64,000 nt of DNA from Auanema rhodensis (Eukaryota > Animalia > Nematoda), in NCBI GenBank assembly GCA_964057225.1, contig OZ059900.1, positions 25,854,001-25,918,000 of the forward strand, written 5' to 3'. Of the stretch, positions 1 through 10,800 are shown piece after piece. Under the pieces are notes generated by a model that saw only the letters and a program-made list of their open reading frames with translations, did no database searches and had not been told where the DNA came from. Both the position numbers and the translations under genes were made by a program. Position 1 is the stretch's first letter, and every line of letters begins with the position of its first letter.

Positions 1-2732
1 GAAATACTGTGTTTTTGTATTTTTCTAGTGTTCAGAATGTAGAATGCTTCATTTTAGTACGTAACACGCTGAAATTCGTTGCATTTGACGACTCATATGA
101 ACAAAAATCGATTTAATCAATATTAGCCATAAGGGGCGTGCCCTCAGAATATGCTAATTTCCTTAATTTGCTAACCCCTGTTTTTTTGTCGTGAAAGTGG
201 AACTAGACGTTGTACGAACAATTTTGAGCTAGGTTTCATTGACATTGCATGAGTTTGAACACATGAAATCGTAAGTCAAAACCTTGTTTACAGCGAAATT
301 TCCAAAAACTGGTTTTCCAGCATAATACAATATTTCTCATGGGAAATACTGTGTTTTTGTATTTTTTTAGTGTTCAGCATGTAAAATGCGTCATTTTAGT
401 ATGTAAAACGCTGAAATTCGTTGCATTTGACGACTCATATGAACAAAAATCGATTTTATCAATATTAGCCATAAGGGGCGTGCCCTCAGAATATGCTAAT
501 TTCCTTAATTTTCTAACCCCTGTTTTTTTGTCGTGAAAGTGGAACTAGACGTTGTACGAACAATTTTGAGCTAGGTTTCATTGACATTGCATGAGTTTGA
601 ACACATGAAATCGTAAGTCAAAACCTTGTTTACAGCGAAATTTCCAAAAACTGGTTTTCCAGCATAATAAAATATTTCTCATGGGAAATACTGTGTTTTT
701 GTATTTTTCTAGTGTTCAGAATGTAGAATGCTTCATTTTAGTACGTAACACGCTGAAATTCGTTGCATTTGACGACTCATATGAACAAAAATCGATTTAA
801 TCAATATTAGCCATAAGGGGCGTGCCCTCAGAATATGCTAATTTCCTTAATTTTCTAACCCCTGTTTTTTTGTCGTGAAAGTGGAACTAGACGTTGTACG
901 AACAATTTTGAGCTAGGTTTCATTGACATTGCATGAGTTTGAACACATGAAATCGTAAGTCAAAACCTTGTTTACAGCGAAATTTCCAAAAACTGGTTTT
1001 CCAGCATAATAAAATATTTCTCAAGGGAAAAACTGTGTTTTTATATTTTTCTAGTGTTCAGCATGTGAAATGCTTTATTTTAGTATGTAACACGCTGAAA
1101 TTTGTTGCATTTGACGACTCATATGAACAAAAATCGATTTAATCAATATTAGCCATAAGGGGCGTGCCCTCAGAATATGCTAATTTCCTTAATTTTCTAA
1201 CCCCTGTTTTTTTGTCGTGAAAGTGGAACTAGACGTTGTACGAACAATTTTGAGCTAGGTTTCATTGACATTGCATGAGTTTGAACACATGAAATCGTAA
1301 GTCAAAACCTTGTTTACAGCGAAATTTCCAAAAACTGGTTTTCCAGCATAATACAATATTTCTCATGGGAAATACTGTGTTTTTGTATTTTTCTAGTGTT
1401 CAGAATGTAGAATGCTTCATTTTAGTACGTAACACGCTGAAATTCGTTGCATTTGACGACTCATATGAACAAAAATCGATTTAATCAATATTAGCCATAA
1501 GGGGCGTGCCCTCAGAATATGCTAATTTCCTTAATTTTCTAACCCCTGTTTTTTTGTCGTGAAAGTGGAACTAGACGTTGTACGAACAATTTTGAGCTAG
1601 GTTTCATTGACATTGCATGAGTTTGAACACATGAAATCGTAAGTCAAAACCTTGTTTACAGCGAAATTTCCAAAAACTGGTTTTCCAGCATAATACAATA
1701 TTTCTCATGGGAAATACTGTGTTTTTGTATTTTTTTAGTGTTCAGCATGTAAAATGCGTCATTTTAGTATGTAAAACGCTGAAATTCGTTGCATTTGACG
1801 ACTCATATGAACAAAAATCGATTTTATCAATATTAGCCATAAGGGGCGTGCCCTCAGAATATGCTAATTTCCTTAATTTTCTAACCCCTGTTTTTTTGTC
1901 GTGAAAGTGGAACTAGACGTTGTACGAACAATTTTGAGCTAGGTTTCATTGACATTGCATGAGTTTGAACACATGAAATCGTAAGTCAAAACCTTGTTTA
2001 CAGCGAAATTTCCAAAAACTGGTTTTCCAGCATAATAAAATATTTCTCATGGGAAATACTGTGTTTTTGTATTTTTCTAGTGTTCAGAATGTAGAATGCT
2101 TCATTTTAGTACGTAACACGCTGAAATTCGTTGCATTTGACGACTCATATGAACAAAAATCGATTTAATCAATATTAGCCATAAGGGGCGTGCCCTCAGA
2201 ATATGCTAATTTCCTTAATTTTCTAACCCCTGTTTTTTTGTCGTGAAAGTGGAACTAGACGTTGTACGAACAATTTTGAGCTAGGTTTCATTGACATTGC
2301 ATGAGTTTGAACACATGAAATCGTAAGTCAAAACCTTGTTTACAGCGAAATTTCCAAAAACTGGTTTTCCAGCATAATAAAATATTTCTCAAGGGAAAAA
2401 CTGTGTTTTTATATTTTTCTAGTGTTCAGCATGTGAAATGCTTTATTTTAGTATGTAACACGCTGAAATTTGTTGCATTTGACGACTCATATGAACAAAA
2501 ATCGATTTAATCAATATTAGCCATAAGGGGCGTGCCCTCAGAATATGCTAATTTCCTTAATTTTCTAACCCCTGTTTTTTTGTCGTGAAAGTGGAACTAG
2601 ACGTTGTACGAACAATTTTGAGCTAGGTTTCATTGACATTGCATGAGTTTGAACACATGAAATCGTAAGTCAAAACCTTGTTTACAGCGAAATTTCCAAA
2701 AACTGGTTTTCCAGCATAATACAATATTTCTC
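1..2732. repeat. Local 4-monomer (1368-bp) duplication, pattern B-A-B-C x2
   Basis: Monomer types follow the same order at 1/339/681/1023 and 1365/1707/2049/2391. B=CAGAATGTAGAATG..GTACGTAAC; A=TTTTTTTAG..GCGTC..AAAACG..TTTTA; C=TCAAGGGAAAAAC..TTTTATA..TTTGTTG. ORFs at 339 and 1707 are 1368 apart. Confidence 0.85.
339..680 (+). repeat. Representative 342-bp monomer (arbitrary phase starting at the ATG)
   Basis: 115 of 342 bases are G+C by hand count. It has many A/T tracts of 4-7 nt, 11 CpGs in this copy, and a single GC-rich patch AGGGGCGTGCCCT at 474-486. Confidence 0.97.
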
Positions 2733-5700
2733 ATGGGAAATACTGTGTTTTTGTATTTTTTTAGTGTTCAGCATGTAAAATGCGTCATTTTAGTATGTAA
2801 AACGCTGAAATTCGTTGCATTTGACGACTCATATGAACAAAAATCGATTTTATCAATATTAGCCATAAGGGGCGTGCCCTCAGAATATGCTAATTTCCTT
2901 AATTTTCTAACCCCTGTTTTTTTGTCGTGAAAGTGGAACTAGACGTTGTACGAACAATTTTGAGCTAGGTTTCATTGACATTGCATGAGTTTGAACACAT
3001 GAAATCGTAAGTCAAAACCTTGTTTACAGCGAAATTTCCAAAAACTGGTTTTCCAGCATAATACAATATTTCTCATGGGAAATACTGTGTTTTTGTATTT
3101 TTCTAGTGTTCAGAATGTAGAATGCTTCATTTTAGTACGTAACACGCTGAAATTCGTTGCATTTGACGACTCATATGAACAAAAATCGATTTAATCAATA
3201 TTAGCCATAAGGGGCGTGCCCTCAGAATATGCTAATTTCCTTAATTTTCTAACCCCTGTTTTTTTGTCGTGAAAGTGGAACTAGACGTTGTACGAACAAT
3301 TTTGAGCTAGGTTTCATTGACATTGCATGAGTTTGAACACATGAAATCGTAAGTCAAAACCTTGTTTACAGCGAAATTTCCAAAAACTGGTTTTCCAGCA
3401 TAATAAAATATTTCTCATGGGAAATACTGTGTTTTTGTATTTTTCTAGTGTTCAACATGTAAAATGCTTCATTTTAGTATGTAACACGCTGAAATTCGTT
3501 GCATTTGACGACTCATATGAACAAAAATCGATATAATCAATATTAGCCATGAGGGGCGTGCCCTCAGAATATGCTAATTTCCTTAATTTTCTAACCCCTG
3601 TTTTTTTGTCGTGAAAGTGGAACTAGACGTTGTACGAACAATTTTGAGCTAGGTTTCATTGACATTGCATGAGTTTGAACACATGAAATCGTAAGTCAAA
3701 ACCTTGTCTACAGCGAAATTTCCAAAAACTGGTTTTCCAGCATAATAAAATATTTCTCATGGGAAATACAGTGTTTTTGTATTTTTTTAGTGTTCAGCAT
3801 GTAAAATGCGTCATTTTAGTATGTAAAACGCTGAAATTCGTTGCATTTGACGACTCATATGAACAAAAATCGATTTTATCAATATTAGCCATAAGGGGCG
3901 TGCCCTCAGAATATGCTAATTTCCTTAATTTTCTAACCCCTGTTTTTTTGTCGTGAAAGTGGAACTAGACGTTGTACAAACAATTTTGAGCTAGGTTTCA
4001 TTGACATTGCATGAGTTTGAACACATGAAATCGTAAGTCAAAACCTTGTTTACAGCGAAATTTCCAAAAACTGGTTTTCCAGCATAATACAATATTTCTC
4101 ATGGGAAATACTGTGTTTTTGTATTTTTCTAGTGTTCAACATGTAAAATGCTTCATTTTAGTATGTAACACGCTGAAATTCGTTGCATTTGACGACTCAT
4201 ATGAACAAAAATCGATATAATCAATATTAGCCATGAGGGGCGTGCCCTCAGAATATGCTAATTTCCTTAATTTTCTAACCCCTGTTTTTTTGTCGTGAAA
4301 GTGGAACTAGACGTTGTACGAACAATTTTGAGCTAGGTTTCATTGACATTGCATGAGTTTGAACACATGAAATCGTAAGTCAAAACCTTGTTTACAGCGA
4401 AATTTCCAAAAACTGGTTTTCCAGCATAATAAAATATTTCTCATGGGAAATACAGTGTTTTTGTATTTTTTTAGTGTTCAGCATGTAAAATGCGTCATTT
4501 TAGTATGTAAAACGCTGAAATTCGTTGCATTTGACGACTCATATGAACAAAAATCGATTTTATCAATATTAGCCATAAGGGGCGTGCCCTCAGAATATGC
4601 TAATTTCCTTAATTTTCTAACCCCTGTTTTTTTGTCGTGAAAGTGGAACTAGACGTTGTACGAACAATTTTGAGCTAGGTTTCATTGACATTGCATGAGT
4701 TTGAACACATGAAATCGTAAGTCAAAACCTTGTTTACAGCGAAATTTCCAAAAACTGGTTTTCCAGCATAATACAATATTTCTCATGGGAAATACTGTGT
4801 TTTTGTATTTTTCTAGTGTTCAGAATGTAGAATGCTTCATTTTAGTACGTAACACGCTGAAATTCGTTGCATTTGACGACTCATATGAACAAAAATCGAT
4901 TTAATCAATATTAGCCATAAGGGGCGTGCCCTCAGAATATGCTAATTTCCTTAATTTTCTAACCCCTGTTTTTTTGTCGTGAAAGTGGAACTAGACGTTG
5001 TACGAACAATTTTGAGCTAGGTTTCATTGACATTGCATGAGTTTGAACACATGAAATCGTAAGTCAAAACCTTGTTTACAGCGAAATTTCCAAAAACTGG
5101 TTTTCCAGCATAATAAAATATTTCTCATGGGAAATACTGTGTTTTTGTATTTTTCTAGTGTTCAGCATGTAAAATGCTTCATTTTAGTATGTAACACGCT
5201 GAAATTCGTTGCATTTGACGACTCATATGAACAAAAATCGATTTAATCAATATTAGCCATAAGGGGCGTGCCCTCAGAATATGCTAATTTCCTTAATTTT
5301 CTAACCCCTGTTTTTTTGTCGTGAAAGTGGAACTAGACGTTGTACGAACAATTTTGAGCTAGGTTTCATTGACATTGCATGAGTTTGAACACATGAAATC
5401 GTAAGTCAAAACCTTGTTTACAGCGAAATTTCCAAAAACTGGTTTTCCAGCATAATAAAATATTTCTCATGGGAAATACAGTGTTTTTGTATTTTTTTAG
5501 TGTTCAGCATGTAAAATGCGTCATTTTAGTATGTAAAACGCTGAAATTCGTTGCATTTGACGACTCATATGAACAAAAATCGATTTTATCAATATTAGCC
5601 ATAAGGGGCGTGCCCTCAGAATATGCTAATTTCCTTAATTTTCTAACCCCTGTTTTTTTGTCGTGAAAGTGGAACTAGACGTTGTACGAACAATTTTGAG

Positions 5701-7862
5701 CTAGGTTTCAATGACATTGCATGAGTTTGAACACATGAAATCGTAAGTCAAAACCTTGTTTACAGCGAAATTTCCAAAAACTGGTTTTCCAGCATAATAC
5801 AATATTTCTCATGGGAAATACTGTGTTTTTGTATTTTTCTAGTGTTCAGAATGTAGAATGCTTCATTTTAGTACGTAACACGCTGAAATTCGTTGCATTT
5901 GACGACTCATATGAACAAAAATCGATTTAATCAATATTAGCCATAAGGGGCGTGCCCTCAGAATATGCTAATTTCCTTAATTTTCTAACCCCTGTTTTTT
6001 TGTCGTGAAAGTGGAACTAGACGTTGTACGAACAATTTTGAGCTAGGTTTCATTGACATTGCAAGAGTTTGAACACATGAAATCGTAAGTCAAAACCTTG
6101 TTTACAGCGAAATTTCCAAAAACTGGTTTTCCAGCATAATAAAATATTTCTCATGGGAAGTACTGTGTTTTTGTATTTTTTTAGTGTTCAGCATGTAAAA
6201 TGCGTCATTTTAGTATGTAAAACGCTGAAATTCGTTGCATTTGACGACTCATATGAACAAAAATCGATTTTATCAATATTAGCCATAAGGGGCGTGCCCT
6301 CAGAATATGCTAATTTCCTTAATTTTCTAACCCCTGTTTTTTTGTCGTGAAAGTGGAACTAGACGTTGTACAAACAATTTTGAGCTAGGTTTCATTGACA
6401 TTGCATGAGTTTGAACACATGAAATCGTAAGTCAAAACCTTGTTTACAGCGAAATTTCCAAAAACTGGTTTTCCAGCATAATAAAATATTTCTCATGGGA
6501 AATACTGTGTTTTTGTATTTTTCTAGTGTTCAGCATGTAAAATGCTTCATTTTAGTATGTAACACGCTGAAATTCGTTGCATTTGACGACTCATATGAAC
6601 AAAAATCGATTTAATCAATATTAGCCATAAGGGGCGTGCCCTCAGAATATGCTAATTTCCTTAATTTTCTAACCCCAGTTTTTTTGTCGTGAAAGTGGAA
6701 CTAGACGTTGTACGAACAATTTTGAGCTAGGTTTCATTGACATTGCAAGAGTTTGAACACATGAAATCGTAAGTCAAAACCTTGTTTACAGCGAAATTTC
6801 CAAAAACTGGTTTTCCAGCATAATAAAATATTTCTCATGGGAAATACTGTGTTTTTGTATTTTTTTAGTGTTCAGCATGTAAAATGCGTCATTTTAGTAT
6901 GTAAAACGCTGAAATTCGTTGCATTTGACTACTCATATGAACAAAAATCGATTTTATCAATATTAGCCATAAGGGGCGTGCCCTCAGAATATGCTAATTT
7001 CCTTAATTTTCTAACCCCTGTTTTTTTGTCGTGAAAGTGGAACTAGACGTTGTACGAACAATTTTGAGCTAGGTTTCATTGACATTGCATGAGTTTGAAC
7101 ACATGAAATCGTAAGTCAAAACCTTGTTTACAGCGAAATTTCCAAAAACTGGTTTTCCAGCATAATAAAATATTTCTCATGGGAAATACAGTGTTTTTGT
7201 ATTTTTTTAGTGTTCAGCATGTAAAATGCGTCATTTTAGTATGTAAAACGCTGAAATTCGTTGCATTTGACGACTCATATGAACAAAAATCGATTTTATC
7301 AATATTAGCCATAAGGGGCGTGCCCTCAGAATATGCTAATTTCCTTAATTTTCTAACCCCTGTTTTTTTGTCGTGAAAGTGGAACTAGACGTTGTACGAA
7401 CAATTTTGAGCTAGGTTTCAATGACATTGCATGAGTTTGAACACATGAAATCGTAAGTCAAAACCTTGTTTACAGCGAAATTTCCAAAAACTGGTTTTCC
7501 AGCATAATACAATATTTCTCATGGGAAATACTGTGTTTTTGTATTTTTCAAGTGTTCAGAATGTAGAATGCTTCATTTTAGTACGTAACACGCTGAAATT
7601 CGTTGCATTTGACGACTCATATGAACAAAAATCGATTTAATCAATATTAGCCATAAGGGGCGTGCCCTCAGAATATGCTAATTTCCTTAATTTTCTAACC
7701 CCTGTTTTTTTGTCGTGAAAGTGGAACTAGACGTTGTACGAACAATTTTGAGCTAGGTTTCATTGACATTGCATGAGTTTGAACACATGAAATCGTAAGT
7801 CAAAACCTTGTTTACAGCGAAATTTCCAAAAACTGGTTTTCCAGCATAATACAATATTTCTC

Positions 7863-10800
7863 ATGGGAAATACTGTGTTTTTGTATTTTTCTAGTGTTCA
7901 GAATGTAGAATGCTTCATTTTAGTACGTAACACGCTGAAATTCGTTGCATTTGACGACTCATATGAACAAAAATCGATTTAATCAATATTAGCCATAAGG
8001 GGCGTGCCCTCAGAATATGCTAATTTCCTTAATTTTCTAACCCCTGTTTTTTTGTCGTGAAAGTGGAACTAGATGTTGTACGAACAATTTTGAGTTAGGT
8101 TTCATTGACATTGCATGAGTTTGAACACATGAAATCGTAAGTCAAAACCTTGTTTACAGCGAAATTTCCAAAAACTGGTTTTCCAGCATAATAAAATATT
8201 TCTCATGGGAAATACTGTGTTTTTGTATTTTTCTAGTGTTCAGCATGTAAAATGCTTCATTTTAGTATGTAACACGCTGAAATTCGTTGCATTTGACGAC
8301 TCATATGAACAAAAATCGATTTAATCAATATTAGCCATAAGGGGCGTGCCCTCAGAATATGCTAATTTCCTTAATTTTCTAACCCCTGTTTTTTTGTCGT
8401 GAAAGTGGAACTAGACGTTGTACGAACAATTTTGAGCTAGGTTTCATTGACATTGCATGAGTTTGAACACATGAAATCGTAAGTCAAAACCTTGTTTACA
8501 GCGAAATTTCCAAAAACTGGTTTTCCAGCATAATAAAATATTTCTCATGGGAAATACAGTGTTTTTGTATTTTTTTAGTGTTCAGCATGTAAAATGCGTC
8601 ATTTTAGTATGTAAAACGCTGAAATTCGTTGCATTTGACGACTCATATGAACAAAAATCGATTTTATCAATATTAGCCATAAGGGGCGTGCCCTCAAAAT
8701 ATGCTAATTTCCTTAATTTTCTAACCCCTGTTTTTTTGTCGTGAAAGTGGAACTAGACGTTGTACGAACAATTTTGAGCTAGGTTTCATTGACATTGCAT
8801 GAGTTTGAACACATGAAATCGTAAGTCAAAACCTTGTTTACAGCGAAATTTCCAAAAACTGGTTTTCCAGCATAATAAAATATTTCTCAAGGGAAAAACT
8901 GTGTTTTTATATTTTTCTAGTGTTCAGCATGTGAAATGCTTAATTTTAGTATGTAACACGCTGAAATTTGTTGCATTTGACGACTCATATGAACAAAAAT
9001 CGATTTAATCAATATTAGCCATAAGGGGCGTGCCCTCAGAATATGCTAATTTCCTTAATTTTCTAACCCCTGTTTTTTTGTCGTGAAAGTGGAACTAGAC
9101 GTTGTACGAACAATTTTGAGCTAGGTTTCATTGACATTGCATGAGTTTGAACACATGAAATCGTAAGTCAAAACCTTGTTTACAGCGAAATTTCCAAAAA
9201 CTGGTTTTCCAGCATAATAAAATATTTCTCATGGGAAATACTGTGTTTTTGTATTTTTCTAGTGTTCAGCATGTAAAATGCTTCATTTTAGTATGTAACA
9301 CGCTGAAATTCGTTGCATTTGACGACTCATATGAACAAAAATCGATTTAATCAATATTAGCCATAAGGGGCGTGCCCTCAGAATATGCTAATTTCCTTAA
9401 TTTTCTAACCCCTGTTTTTTTGTCGTGAAAGTGGAACTAGACGTTGTACGAACAATTTTGAGCTAGGTTTCATTGACATTGCATGAGTTTGAACACATGA
9501 AATCGTAAGTCAAAACCTTGTTTACAGCGAAATTTCCAAAAACTGGTTTTCCAGCATAATAAAATATTTCTCATGGGAAATACTGTGTTTTTGTATTTTT
9601 TTAGTGTTCAGCATGTAAAATGCGTCATTTTAGTATGTAAAACGCTGAAATTCGTTGCATTTGACGACTCATATGAACAAAAATCGATTTTATCAATATT
9701 AGCCATAAGGGGTGTGCCCTCAGAATATGCTGATTTCCTTAATTTTCTAACCCCTGTTTTTTTGTCGTGAAAGTGGAACTAGACGTTGTACGAACAATTT
9801 TGAGCTAGGTTTCATTGACATTGCATGAGTTTGAACACATGAAATCGTAAGTCAAAACCTTGTTTACAGCGAAATTTCCAAAAACTGGTTTTCCAGCATA
9901 ATAAAATATTTCTCATGGGAAATACTGTGTTTTTGTATTTTTTTAGTGTTCAGCATGTAAAATGCGTCATTTTAGTATGTGAAACGCTGAAATTCGTTGC
10001 ATTTGACGACTCATATGAACAAAAATTGATTTTATCAATATTAGCCATAAGGGGTGTGCCCTCAGAATATGCTGATTTCCTTAATTTTCTAACCCCTGTT
10101 TTTTTGTCGTGAAAGTGGAACTAGACGTTGTACGAACAATTTTGAGCTAGGTTTCATTGACATTGCATGAGTTTGAACACATGAAATCGTAAGTCAAAAC
10201 CTTGTTTACAGCGAAATTTCCAAAAACTGGTTTTCCAGCATAATACAATATTTCTCATGGGAAATACTGTGTTTTTTTATTTTTCTAGTGTTCAGAATGT
10301 AGAATGCTTCATTTTAGTATGTAACACGCTGAAATTCGTTGCATTTGACGACTCATATGAACAAAAATCGATTTAATCAATATTAGCCATAAGGGGCGTG
10401 CCCTCAGAATATGCTAATTTCCTTAATTTTCTAACCCCTGTTTTTTTGTCGTGAAAGTGGAACTAGACGTTGTACGAACAATTTTGAGCTAGGTTTCATT
10501 GACATTGCATGAGTTTGAACACATGAAATCGTAAGTCAAAACCTTGTTTACAGCGAAATTTCCAAAAACTGGTTTTCCAGCATAATACAATATTTCTCAT
10601 GGGAAATACTGTGTTTTTGTATTTTTCTAGTGTTCAGAATGTAGAATGCTTCATTTTAGTACGTAACACGCTGAAATTCGTTGCATTTGACGACTCATAT
10701 GAACAAAAATCGATTTAATCAATATTAGCCATAAGGGGCGTGCCCTCAGAATATGCTAATTTCCTTAATTTTCTAACCCCTGTTTTTTTGTCGTGAAAGT

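Noticed and set aside
581-610. Sigma70 promoter (perfect TTGACA)
   Set aside because: There is no acceptable -10 hexamer at 16-18 bp spacing (CATGAA), and the context is not prokaryotic-looking.
574-618. Spliced-leader RNA gene array (GGTTTCATT...AGTTTGA resembles nematode SL1 ends; GTAAGT nearby)
   Set aside because: The spacing does not match SL1, the donor does not follow the SL-like segment directly, and the Sm-like AATTTTG (562-568) lies upstream rather than downstream.
339-680. Hammerhead-ribozyme satellite or retrozyme (similar unit size to newt satellite 2 and schistosome Sm-alpha)
   Set aside because: I found no CTGANGA core on either strand. The nearest are CTGAAAT and CTGATTT on +, and CTGAGGG, CTGAACA and CTGATGC on -. 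An Infernal/Rfam scan would settle it.
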